From Acanthaster planci (lineage: Eukaryota), in NCBI RefSeq assembly GCF_001949145.1, contig NW_019091355.1:1945107-2009106 (forward strand): DNA of 64,000 nt. The letters run 5' to 3'. Position 1 is the stretch's first letter. Each line of letters starts with the position of its first letter. Both the position numbers and the translations under genes were made by a program. Shown here piece after piece: positions 37,128 to 50,578 of this stretch. Under the pieces are notes generated by a model. It was not told where the DNA came from and made no database searches. It saw nothing but the letters and a program-made list of their open reading frames with translations.

Positions 37128-39058
37128 AATGTCTTACAATGAGGACAAACAGGGTTGTAAAACCACAATAAAAATCACTCTGACAGCACGTTTACATATT
37201 CCCAATTTATTATGACAGCAGATGCATGTACTTGTACAGCTTAAGGGACAAAAAGATTCCCAGAAAAAAAATCTTCAAATGTGTTCATGAAATAAAAGTT
37301 TTTTGAAATAGTCGCTTTGAACTTGTAACTCTTCCTTGCATGATCGGCTGAAAGTGTTTATTATTTAACTAAAACAACACAATTGTGATAAAAATTTCAA
37401 TTTTCTCATCTCTGCACACTTACACCATTGGAAAAAAAACACAAACACATTTTGGGAATGGCATTTAGATTTGGTCAGAGCTGTCCAACAGTTGTCAAGT
37501 TTGTTGCAAGACTACAAAACTATTTTGGCCGTCAGGGGAAAACCATATAAATTTTAACCCACGGCCACACAAATCCAAGAATACACTCCAGACTTTTTTC
37601 TCATTCCGACAAGTCTTTGGCGATTTTAAGCACTAGTTTCCGAATGTGCAGGCTAAATTAAGTGCTGTGAATACAATAAACAATCTGATTTCAAACACAA
37701 AGATAGAGGAGACATTTCAAGGGCATTATTATTTCTTAAGTCTGTCTTTTCTGAAAAGTCAACTTGGTCAATGTGACTATTGTGCTGCCTACAAATATCA
37801 GTTTTAAAAAAAGTTGAAAGAAATTGGATTTGAAAAGATTTAGTGAAGACACATTGTGGTTAGCTCTATTTGAAATGCACAGGATTTGAAAAAAATCACA
37901 ATAAAACTTTGTAACCCTGTTTTAAGCACTACATATATTTGATTGAATTAAATTTATGCAACAATATCTGAATATGTTAAAGGGTATTTTTAAAATATTC
38001 TAGACATTTTTTATGCAAGATTTCTGAAGTGTGGAATAGACGCAATTGTTCGCTGGTGAAGCTTTGTATCTGACAGATACATGTAGTGACTAATTGTTGC
38101 TTAGAATACACTTTTGTAAGTACTTCAGCATTTTAGCGTACACTTCATGGTGGTTGAAGGATTTACAAAGAAATGATTCAGGTCACTCTTGAAGTATTCA
38201 TTCCAAGATAAACCCCAACTTGACACTAACCCCAAACTACAACTTGCGATGAGAATTCCAGCTATACTTTTCACTAAACGTGAGAATAATGAAAAAATCC
38301 CAAAGATCTATAAAATATCACCTTTTTATAAGACCCCTAAATGTAAATGAGAAGGCTGGCTCCATGCTCCATTATATAAATAATTCTGTGTACATGCCTG
38401 ACAAATCATTTAAAATATGTCCAAGTCTTCAGTGAATTACCAAGCTGAGCACATTCAATGTACTCATGTAAGACCAATAAACAATCTCTTATATAATTAG
38501 TGAGGTTAATGTGCACGAAATTACCCTGCCTGGCCACAACCATTTCAGACAATGACAATATTGGGTCATTAAATTGCAAACCTTCCCTAGATCCTTACAG
38601 AATCCATCAGGTTTTCTGGAGGATTTTTCAGGACTGAGGGAGGTTGACATAAATCACTAGCACATTCCAGGGACCTGATGCACTGTTTGATTTTATACAG
38701 AACCAAAAATATGCCATTGGTTAGCTGTGCAGAGGACGATTCTAGATTCTGAAATGTTCCTGACAAAAGTGCTTGGAGAAATAAGTTACGTTTCATCACA
38801 AAAAAGAATTTTTTGCACAAACTTTCAGGCAAGCGCAAACTACTTTTTCAAGTGGACAATAACTTTGCATAAAACAATTCTATATGCTTTGCCAGATAAA
38901 AAAGATCAGCAACATTGCAATTTGATACAACCCTTCGGACAAAACCCTTCGGAGAAAATATACCACTTAACAAGATCACTTCGTTGAGACCAAATGTCAG
39001 CATGTAGTGCAGTGTGTCATAGCTTGCTGTCGTTCTGTTGGCTTGTCGTCTTTAATTG

Positions 39059-42000
39059 CTATTGTTGGGATACGTAGTGCCACGCATCAACTGTAAAAAA
39101 AAACAGGAGCACAAGAAAATTGTCTTTAGTAAACATAAAGATCCCCAAGCAGCCAAACGCCAACACCAGCAAGGTTTGGTGGAATCTGTTCGGATGAGAA
39201 CAGTACTGCACCTGTAAACGAACTGTGTTTTATGTGGGATTTGGCAAACAACAAATGAACAGATACCAACTGTTTCTGTGCAGTTTACTATACGGTGTAA
39301 GGATTTGTAAGAATGAGGAAGGTTTGCTAGTTAATCAGCCTAGGGAGGTAGGGTTCAATGCACACCCAAGTAGGAAACAGTTGCAGAGTGTGATGAGGCG
39401 GGTCGAGCAGAAACACCCCCTCATCGGTTGAAAAGAGCCATATTGGTCAGGAGTATTCATTGTGCTGGTAGCGATGGACATTAACACGTGCATGTCACAG
39501 TCGTTCACGAACCAGTGAAGTTCAGTTCCAACTAAAAGGAGCCTCTGTTGCTATGAATGATGCACCCTCTCGTGGTCCAGCTGGAGGCTAATCTCATTAA
39601 TGCAGCCCGTGTAGATGTACCTTTGTGCTCCATTCAACCCAATATCCAATTGTCAATTTGCCATTTTTTAACAACTTTAAAACTTTAAACAGTCTAAATG
39701 AAAACTTGACTTACTCTCGGGGTCAATTGGTTCAACTTTTCCAGTTGCCGGTGCCTGAACAGGGAAGAAAAATGGAAACTAGTCAAGACCGGGCATTGAG
39801 AAATCCATGCAATGAAAGACCAACCTGACATTGAAAAATATAAGGAACTCAGTCTTCAATCGAAAACCTATATGGCAACACCCTACAACACTATCTTAAA
39901 AGCTTTCAAGCCTAATTCGTGGTCAGCATCATACAATACAACAGACATATCGAACAAAGAAATGTCTTACAGCTGCAACGATTTCCTTCGCCTTCTCTAT
40001 TGACACCATGTGTGCACTGCCGGCCACTGTTACATTTTCACTGCAAAAGGAGAACACGCGGATGTAAAAACAATGTCCGAGAAAGCAACTCACTTGAGAG
40101 TGAGGAAGAATCACACTGATGAAAACGATAAAAGCTCACAGTTCTGAATGCATCAGTATCGAATACCTTCTTTGGCACTACACTAAGAGTACCGTACTTC
40201 TTTTGTTGTCTTCTATAGTACTTGTTTGCCAGACTTGGGACCAGTTTTTATTGGTCTGCAGAGGTTTTTGTGTTGCGGACTTTTCACGGTAAAATTCATG
40301 TGTGCCTTTGAGATACACTCGTGATGGTCTGACTTGTTGGCTTCAGTGCACTGAATCAGAATACTCGACATTTCTGTGTCACTTTTGAGAAGTTTTAGAA
40401 CTTTCCTGAATTTCCTGTCCTTGTTTCTGAAGCCAATGGACCTCTGCCTGCTCTAGGAATACTGCAAAACAACGCCAGCAGGTTCCAAATTTGTGTCCAA
40501 CACCCACTGAATCTGCAGAGCTTACCAAGCGATGCCGGCCGGATCTGTCTTATTGTGCATCAGCTGCTGCCACTGGCCATGAGTTTTCTTGATAATGTCT
40601 AGAGCAAAGTCCTGGTGACATCAAAAAAAAAAAACCTCGCCCAGATTCACAACCTAAACCAAGATTCTCGACACACTTGTGAGGAATTCTAGTTTAATAC
40701 CTACAGCTTCAAGTTTTATTACCTAACTTCTTAACAAACTTCACAACCACCTTTCGTGGATGGTTGTGTCAATGTTCCAATGGGTCACACCTTTGAAAAA
40801 ATGTATGCACGATAAACTGCCTTGAAGTCTGAGTCAAGTTTTAAAAATCTGAGATTTCTGAGATTGCAAGGCTGGGTCATGAATAAAAATTCTCACAGAG
40901 GACTATCCATCTAGCTCTTCTGATTCCATACAGACCTTATTTTTGGGCTCGGCATTAAAAGCAAACGAGTTGAACGGCTTCCCGTCGGGCACCTTGTAGA
41001 TCTTGAACCATTCAAAAGTGGCCTAAATACATGAAATTGCAGAAAACTGAGGGATCAACGGGCAGGCCCCCAAAAAAATGCAATTTAGGAAATCTGGCTG
41101 AATTCAAGCAGGGTGTTCAGTGTCTGTTCAAGGCTAGGTCAGAGGTGTAACTAAAACGGGACACAGAATACAAAAATCACATGGCACTCAAACATTGGAA
41201 GGAACAACTTGGTACCTACCTCAAGAAAACCAGGCATGTGTTCCCTTATGTCCTCTACGTCTGGAGACACAGAAAATACAGGAAATGTGCAAAATAAGCT
41301 TGGTAGCACTCTTGGCTGAATATGAACAAATTCATAAGATGCAAGAACGCAGGCTGAGACCAAGCCATGACATGGAAAAGGCCATCACTATGGCTGTGAT
41401 CTTATTTGAAAAACTTTGCTGTGCTGCATAGTTGGTTACAAAAAACTGTCATATGAAATTCACCAACAGTGCAGAACTGCCTTGTATAGAATCGGAGCGT
41501 ATGTCCATGGCAAAGGCATCTCTAGAACTCACCATTTAGAACCTTTGCTAGTTTGTCCCTCACGTCGATGGTTAGGATTTTCCAGTCAGTTTCACCTGCA
41601 AAGAAAGCCACATCAAATAACAAAGATGGCAAAGGATGATGTCCAGGTTCTTGAGGCCAAGGGAAACATTTGGCAACAATTTCCATGGGTTTAGCACTGA
41701 TTGATCCAATCCAATTGGACTTGCCCAAGTCATCTGATCACAAAGCTGTCCTGACTCACTGGTCAATCCCTGATGCCAGGAAGGTATCCGCCCCGAGCTG
41801 AAGTGCACCCCCAGTGGGCGAAAGAAAGACATTTGGTTGCGAGCGGGTTCTTGCACGTGTTCTGCATGTACTCAAAGACCATACATGCCGGAATATATGA
41901 GCTACGCGTACTCAGCGTACTCCGCGTCAAATGCGCATGTACTTGCGCGCCTCATGGCGTGCCTGCGTGGTGAGTACCAAAAAAAACAGGCTCTCTTTTG

Positions 42001-44657
42001 TTACGCTCGGAGCAGGGGAGCTAAACCACAAGCAGGCACCAACCTTCATCGATCATGGCTAATACTCCCAGGACCTTGACCTGTATCACTTCTCCCTGCT
42101 TGGCCACTCGCGACCCAATTTCGCAGACGTCCAGAGGGTCGTTATCCCCGTTGCATTCAGTGTGTTCGTCTCTGTGGTTAGGATCCTCCCATGTCTGTGT
42201 AGAAGAGAAAGATTAACATAGCTTAGGCTGTGTCCAAATTGTGCGGCTTGGGCTAGGACTTCCCAGCATATGCTTCATACACTGCCAGGAAATTTGGAAA
42301 TCTGCCAGGATAATTTGAGAGATGTTGCAGGATTGAGGAAGGAAGCCACAAGCCACTCTTGCCACCCTTAAAGAATACAACATGCTGGCATGTGTAACTG
42401 TTTCCTCAGCTGTGGAGGATTTTAGACGACCAAGGAGGCTACCGAGGAAAGATGCCTGTTGAGTTCGGCGAAATTTGCTCCCTGACTTTTCCAGACTCTC
42501 TCAGAAGTGGATATATTTTTAATTGAAATGGAGACAGCAACAAATTAGATTCCATTGGAGTTAGTTTTCTGACCTGTGGAAATGCGCCGTAGTTCCAGAT
42601 GTACCCATGATGAGGGAAGCAGTTCTTGACAAATCGAAGTTTCTCCTTCTTCACATCTTGTTTGATGGGGTTCATTTTCTCTGTTGTTTTGATCTGAAAT
42701 ATTACAGTGGCTCATGGTAAAACCAATCATTGGAAGTTTAACTGTTTGTTATCCCATACCAAATGGCTAAGGCTTTAAATGTAGCAGCGTAATATCTGAT
42801 GTCGAGATACCATAGCTCAAAGCATGTACAAAAGATGACCTGACACCCAAGATAAACCTTTTTTTAGAATGAAAACACCAGATATGCCCCAAAGATAAGG
42901 CTCAATTTCCACCATAATAGCCAGAATTAAATTGGTGTTTTAAATTCAATAAAAAGAATTAACAAGAGCCCAGGAAAAAGGAGCTGCTCAATTTTCAGAA
43001 CTTTACCTCCATCTTTGCATTGCTCCAGCGAGGAACTTCAACAACCATGTTGAAAACAGCTGGCTGCAAGAAAAGAATTAACACATCTGTATCNCTCTTA
43101 ATTGTAAACACAGGATCATTCTAAATGTACCACATTGCACAGAGGCATTAAAAGAAAATCAAATTACACAAAAAAATTCAACAGAGAACATGGAAAAATC
43201 AACAGGATAAATACAATCCATACTGCTTACATCAGAGCTACCAGGTGGGGTCAACGGTATGTCATGGAATGGAGAAATGTAATTCCCACTGCTCGCATTC
43301 TCTGAAAGAAACAAGATTGGCAAACTGAATTGAAAGCTATTCTGGAGGTGCTGACAAAAAACTCCTTTGGCACGTTTGGGAGAACACTTAATGGTTACCA
43401 CTTGACAGCAGAGAAAACATCAAAGTTAGTGGCGTGCAGTGACTTGCAGATTTAGAGATCTGAGTAGACATGGCATGATGCGTCTAACTAAACTCTAAGG
43501 TCACAGACTACAGGGAGAGAATCAACACATTTTTAAAATATCTGCTCATCACCTCACAGATGCATGTATAGCCTATACAAGGAAGATTTTCAAAAAAAAC
43601 CAAATAATTTTTCAAATGTCTGTAAGAAGAAAAATCACCCTTAATTGTCTTTTCTTTAAGGGCACCAGTCATATTTTGCTCATCGCCCAGCAGCTGAATA
43701 AGGAGTTGGGAAAGGCTAATGGCTTTGCACTGTGATTCGCTACGTTGTGCATGACCTGTGACTGCAAGGTTATCACTTCCTGTTAGCTGAGCGTTATTTA
43801 AATTTTCTGGTTCGCCAATGGCAATGTTTCGGCACTGGCAAACTGTCGCCTATAGGCCTAACAAACATGGCCTTGGTACAATCACAGTGTGGTAATTTAT
43901 CTTCTCACCAAGTAGGCCTATCACTAATCACATCTTTTGGCGATAAATTTCAAATCAATGGTTATCTTGACTTTGGATGAACAAATAAAGTGCAGCGAGA
44001 ACATTCTCTGCAATGAGGAAGAAAAAGAAAATGTACCGAATTGATAACTGCCGCTTGTCTTGTGTAACGCATTGACATGATTGAGTGAGCTTGTGCGCCA
44101 GGCAGACATTTACCCACAAATGCTCTGCGCATTGTTAGCTGTGACCCCATGTGACTTATTGCCTTCACTGAGATCTGTGCAAGGCCGTTCTTAGAGTCCT
44201 GTTCGGCAAGTTCGGGTGCTGGGCAACCAGCGAACAGTCACCATGGCATGGTCATTCTAGTATTCTTTTTTCCTTTCTTGTATCCCATCATTCTAGCATG
44301 CCTAATATGACTGAATTCCTCCTCTTTTCTAATTCTAGGAAGGTTCTAGCAATGGCATGTCTAGATAACAGTTGAAAAGCTGAAATAAAATTATTCACGA
44401 AATGGGTTCAGTTCAGTACAGTGCAATACGCAACACTCACTGAAGAATACGCGATAATCCATGGAGTTTTGGGGCCCTTTTTCCTCGATCGCATAAGAAG
44501 CCATTTTGCTGTAGAACCTACAAACGCCGGTGCAGATCAGAGGTCGTTGAAAGGAAGACTGATTTTTTGGCTTTGGAGTCCTAAAGAGCGTGTTGACACC
44601 GGTCACCACAAGGGTTCGAAGTGCACCGGACGATCGCAGACACGTTGCCACAGACAT
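39059..44657 (-). CDS. PPA: Soluble inorganic pyrophosphatase (family I, PPA1/PPA2-like), 344 aa from first ATG or 293 aa from second
   Basis: Exons 44657-44441, 43301-43231, 43063-43007, 42693-42574, 42194-42044, 41595-41533, 41260-41220, 41022-40936, 40611-40526, 40040-39971, 39754-39715, 39090-39059. Motifs [66 protein letters not shown]. Confidence 0.96.
41786..42015. mobile_element. MITE family B
   Basis: Ends ATCCGCCCCGAGC / GCTCGGAGCAG; colinear with 52958-53186 (GCGGGTTCTTGCACG, CAAAGACCATACATGCCGG, CTCCGCGTCAAA, GGTGAGTACCAA). Confidence 0.8.
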
Positions 44658-46489
44658 GTGGGATTGGCTGTAGTGCAAAATTAAATGGCACCAATTCACC
44701 TTGTTCCCAATATGTCGATATCAAATATTTTCCGTTGAGTTACAGGCTCGTGGACAAAGTCCAGCCGGGAATGATAAGGTTACGTAGACTCGCCACAAGT
44801 CCTTCCTTCCTCTTCAGATACACAGGCGATCTCTACATTTAAAGGGATTGTCTCAGTTTTAATTAAATCTCAAAAATCACAATACAAAAGCTATTTCTGG
44901 TCGAATTTTCCAATAATAGACTCACTATTAAAGCGTAAAGCTATTTTGAAATGTAATTCAAGCAATCCAAACTTTTAAAAATACTCCTCCAGAAGACAAA
45001 AATGAATTACTATTTGATACACACAATCTACAGATCATACAAAAATCCCCCCAAATTTTTCATGGACTAAAATAATAGTTGGTACTTTTAAAACAAATAT
45101 CCAATAATCAGTATTAAAAAACGTGACGACAAAAGATTGTATTTTCTTAAAGAAACACATCTTTTATTAAGAACCTTAGCTTATTTGATATAATATTCTA
45201 GCTTATTTAACATGCAAGAATGATAAAAGCAACTTTCTTCTCACATCACACACCTATAACTATAACACAATAGTTTTAATATTATAAAGCAAACATATTA
45301 AAGGATACTTTTCTCGATCCTGAATTGAAGTATGAGCATCTGCTATAGTATTATCTTTTGTTGAAATCAGAGGATTTTTTAAAAACTATTTTCAGACCTA
45401 CATCCAAGATATATAAATGTTGAAAACAAAAATGTATACATGCAACTTTTGACAAAATAGCAAATCATGCAAAAAGTCAGAAAGATTCCATAATGAATAT
45501 CCCAAAATACGAGAAATTGAAATCACAATTTTGTCTTCAACTGCACACACTCAAAACAAGTTTGTCAGTTGTACAACCTGATCTTAAATATATATACTTG
45601 ATATGAAAGCACTACAAAACTTCGACCATTAAAGTCTAAGTTCTAGAACTTATGACTACACAGAATGTTTGGCTGCAGTATTCTAAAAACGTGAATATTA
45701 AATGCAGGGAGTCAATTACTTCTCCATCCAGTACACGATGTGAAAAACACACTTTCTGTTGCTGAAGCTTCCACTGACGGGAGTACATTTTATGAAAGTA
45801 CCAATATGAATAATTCAATACAGGTATTTCAATATATGAATATATAGCACAGCCCTTCGCATCCTGATTTTCCCTCAGTGGGTAAAATAATGTTCAAATA
45901 ATAATACACAATTTAGTAGAGCATCAATGTGGAGAAGTCGTGACCAATTTACGGTCATGCACAAACCAAAACCGGAGGGAGTTAAATTAGATGAGGAAAG
46001 CCCACCGGGGAGGGGGGGGGGTAAGGGCAGAAGGAGGGGTAGAGGAGGAAGGGAGAGAGACACCACAAATATTTTGACCCTTTCTTACCGCTTAAAGTTC
46101 CAACACCAGAATAAAATAGATTCCAATGCTCCGAGCGCAAAAGTGCCCCCTCGGAAAAGCTGTGCCTGTCACAAACCTAGCTGCCTGAACCCTCCCCACA
46201 AAAAGAAAACCACCTGACAAAATAACTCTTCCTACAGGACAACCAGGGGAGGATGATCAAGTCCAACATCACCTCAGGTTTCTTTCTTTTTAAAAAACCA
46301 CACCAGGGACAAAGGAGAGAAGACCCCGAAGGTACTTTTAATCTAGTGCACTCCCCCACTAGTTGGCACTTTTGGATCAGTCGCTCTGTGCAAACAATGT
46401 TAAGACCAGCCCAATTAAAGAACGCGAAAATTCATTAGATACCACACACTTTCAGCTTTACTGTGAACATGTGAAGGATGTTAATAATA

Positions 46490-46595
46490 CGGCCATTTCA
46501 CAATAGTGTGCCACCAACAGTTTGCAACACATTGGCCAATCATAACGCGCGAAATTTGTCAACCCTTTCCAAACGTGCATTGAATCGACATATTT
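46490..46595. mobile_element. Palindromic MITE family A, truncated
   Basis: TTTCACAATAGTGTGCCACCAACAGTTTGCAACACATTGGCCAATCA; one arm plus the centre only. Confidence 0.75.
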
Positions 46596-47001
46596 NACCT
46601 TAGATAAACAGGACTTCTGCCATTACTAGAAGTACAAGTATACATACACCAACATGCAAAAATATACAAAAGTTGTCCTTAAAAATACTTCGTGCCAAAA
46701 GTTCGCAAAGCAACGTTTCACAAAACTAAACTGTGTTTCTATACTGTAAGGGCAATAAACAGAACAAATTCTCTTAAAGAAATCAGCTTAATGTCTACCA
46801 AAGTACATGTTACCACTTCCATTCTACAGTTGTAATTACACAGATTTAACTGCACCACATGATGTTGCCTGTGCACAACGTACAATTTCTTAGTACAAGT
46901 AACTTTGTTCTATATCATACAGAAAAAATAACTGAAGGCGTTGTGAGGAAGAAGCCTATAACCAGGTAGCACAAAAATTGCGTGTAAAAGGAAAGACTTA
47001 A

Positions 47002-47233
47002 AGGGTGGCTGCAATAGATTTTTGTGATTACAAACCTCTAAAATGCACCTTTCTGCCTCTGTTAATCTTGTTTTCAACTTCTGTTTCATTATTTCAAAGG
47101 GTATTTTAACGCTTTTTTGGTTTTTTTATGCTAATGAGTATTTCCATATTCATGAGCAAACTGTGACGTCATCTCAGGAAGAAGCCTCAATGTTTGGAAA
47201 GTGTGGAAAGTAAAAATTCATTGCAGCTACACT
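47002..47233. mobile_element. TTAA-flanked MITE (Kolobok-like)
   Basis: TTAA|AGGGTGGCTGCAAT...ATTGCAGCTACACT|TTAA. Confidence 0.7.
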
Positions 47234-48915
47234 TTAAGTGTCAGCCTTGAATAAAGGAGCCAAGTGTTTGACTCCACGGGACCTCCCTGATGAAGACCCA
47301 TCAGGGATGATCATTTTGCTTCTTCAGTTAATAAAGTTGGCACTTGTTTACATTTATCCATTACCAATTACATATTTAAAAGACTGTAGACTGAGTGACA
47401 GATATAATGTACATGGTTAGTTCTGCATTTCATATTGCCACACCTCAATACCCTATAGATCGAGGTTGCCATACAGGCAGTGGACAACCAAATCCAATTA
47501 ATTTAAGTCCAGCAAAGTGAGCCCATTTCTTTAACAAATCAAACAAATGAAACAAATCCTAAAATTTTGAACAGCAGATCATGCTTCTGCTAAAAAATAC
47601 AAACACTTACTATTAATGAAAACATCATTTAACAATTTCTGAATTCCAGTTTGCATAACACAACTCATCAAAATTGTCGAACCCTGTTTCAGCTTGTGGA
47701 AACACCTGTTTTAATTGCTTTAATATCGCTCAAAGAAAACAAAATTGTACATATTGCTTCCAAATTCAAGCATGCAATCCCAATTCATGAATTTCTACAA
47801 AGAATCAAATATAGGCACTTTCTTATAAGGGTATGAATATCAAGATACAATTATAAAAGTCAATTAGGCAAGTTGTAACGATTGTTATACACCGTTACTA
47901 TCTTGGGGACAAAATAAAACTGCAGGACACTGGGTTTGGTAAAATTACACTCACTGTATCCATACATGTTTAAACCAAGACAAATGGCATGGTACAAGCA
48001 TGTGTGTATCTCCTCATCTTGACTAACCAATCAAAGAACAGCATTCTGATGTCATTATTTTCAACTGTCCAATGAAAGCAATTCCAAATGGAGCCTTTAC
48101 CACTTGCCTTGATTCCTTGATAAATGGGTGGTGGTGAAGCATGCAAATGTTTCCTTCATTACAAAACCTTCATGGAGACCTGTTGGTATCACTCTACTGG
48201 CTGATCTATGACAAACTTTGATGTGGCTTTGAATTTTTTTTCACACAACAAACCATCCCTTGTTAAAAATATGATTCATCATGAAATTTCACAGTCTTGG
48301 TTTTCTGCTGTCAGTCAATCAAACTTTGCTCGAAAATTACAGCAAACTTTATATTCTGGACAGTGAATTAAAACGCGTGGCAAGCAACAAATAACTAGTA
48401 AAAGGAATAACCATTAAGTGTGCACCTACAAATGCAAGGGGAATATTAATTTTTACACACACCTGTAGCAATCACAAGGGCGCTACAGGTATGCATAAAA
48501 ATAAAATCTTACATTCCAGCTTATTTCTCTAACCTATTTTCGTCATTTAACTGAACTGGGTTTCATGTTGTTGCAGCAGAACAGCACTCTCTTGGAGGAA
48601 GTTAAAAGCAGAAACCAGACAAGTCTGTGGCATGGGAAATAAGTCTATGCACATTATGGTTAAGATAGATTTTATTGTATTTGTCCTACTTACACTGTGT
48701 ATTACAGCCTATTCTTGAACACGTTGACATTCGTGGCTATGTTACACTTGTATTAACGTACAGAGGCTTTGCATGGCAGCCATCTTGCAGGGCAGTTCTT
48801 TTGTTTCACAGAGAGAGACATATATATATATGGGTGAGTGGCTACATACGAAAAGAACTGAAAACAGCCGGCAACAAAGCTTAAATTTAAAATGTACCTA
48901 TCGTCACAGGGCAGG

Positions 48916-49547
48916 NNNNNNNNNNNNNNNNNNNNNNNNNNNNNNNNNNNNNNNNNNNNNNNNNNNNNNNNNNNNNNNNNNNNNNNNNNNNNNNNNNNNN
49001 NNNNNNNNNNNNNNNNNNNNNNNNNNNNNNNNNNNNNNNNNNNNNNNNNNNNNNNNNNNNNNNNNNNNNNNNNNNNNNNNNNNNNNNNNNNNNNNNNNNN
49101 NNNNNNNNNNNNNNNNNNNNNNNNNNNNNNNNNNNNNNNNNNNNNNNNNNNNNNNNNNNNNNNNNNNNNNNNNNNNNNNNNNNNNNNNNNNNNNNNNNNN
49201 NNNNNNNNNNNNNNNNNNNNNNNNNNNNNNNNNNNNNNNNNNNNNNNNNNNNNNNNNNNNNNNNNNNNNNNNNNNNNNNNNNNNNNNNNNNNNNNNNNNN
49301 NNNNNNNNNNNNNNNNNNNNNNNNNNNNNNNNNNNNNNNNNNNNNNNNNNNNNNNNNNNNNNNNNNNNNNNNNNNNNNNNNNNNNNNNNNNNNNNNNNNN
49401 NNNNNNNNNNNNNNNNNNNNNNNNNNNNNNNNNNNNNNNNNNNNNNNNNNNNNNNNNNNNNNNNNNNNNNNNNNNNNNNNNNNNNNNNNNNNNNNNNNNN
49501 NNNNNNNNNNNNNNNNNNNNNNNNNNNNNNNNNNNNNNNNNNNNNNN
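48916..49547. other. Assembly gap
   Basis: Run of N. Confidence 0.99.
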
Positions 49548-50578
49548 TGACTATGGTTACACCTGCACAGGGCAGGTGTACAAAAAAACTGAAATTCTAT
49601 TTAAAAATCTGAATAAAAACAGCTTAAGAGCTGAACTCTCCCCTCCGTGATTACATTTGCAAGAAGATATTTGTGCACACAGATGCTGGTTTGTGACAAT
49701 GCATGTAATTACAGAATTGCTTGGTTTGGCATGAAACCAGAAAAGCTTGAAAACAAGCACTGCATTGCGAGATAGGGCAAATAAGGGAAATTGGCTTTGC
49801 TGAGGTGTTGTGTAGAAAAAAAAAAAACGAAGAATGCTTTATAAATGTACATCATATACTAATGCTAACTTTCTTCAAATGGTCAAACTGTATACTGTTC
49901 AAACCAGTGAATTCCAACAGTGGTAAAAGGCAAAGTGTGCCGATGTGATAAATCTTGCAGAAGAGGGTTAAGACAGACAGAAATGAAAATGTTACGCCTG
50001 GTGCAGAAATGGCAACTCTGCCACAGGTCACTTTGATAGCCCATATGTACATGACAAAGCATGTGACTCTAGGCAGGAAGTCGATGATTGTGATCATTAG
50101 CTCTCAGGTTCTGGGAAGCTGTGGCTAAAACTCATATCCTGTGAGTTTCCGTTTCCCATTTTAAAGCCCAAATCAAGTTAAGAGGGTGCAGAGTGTCGCC
50201 AACAAATAAAGACAGGAGAGAAACAGGTGAAGTACAGGTGAAGTACACCGTAGTGGATATCATTGGAATCAACATGAATGATACGATGAATAAATATCAC
50301 ACTGGGTACTTATAACATTGCAACCTGGGCCACATTTCATGGATCTGCTAAGCAGAGAATTCTGCGGCTACGGCTGGAAAAACACACACACAATTTGTAG
50401 CTGCTAGCTAGCCGCTACTGCCATATCCTATAGACTAGTGTAATTGCTAGGCATAGCCAGTGACTTGGACACTGCATAATTGAACCCTTTTATCTTGCTC
50501 TTTGTGACACTGCATAATTGTATACCAACTGCTTGACTATCAACTGTGATGACAGGTGGGGAGGACGGGGAATTTTTT

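Noticed and set aside
48773..49650. Long ORFs of 252-279 aa (also those at 57936-58739)
   Set aside because: Open only because they cross N gaps.
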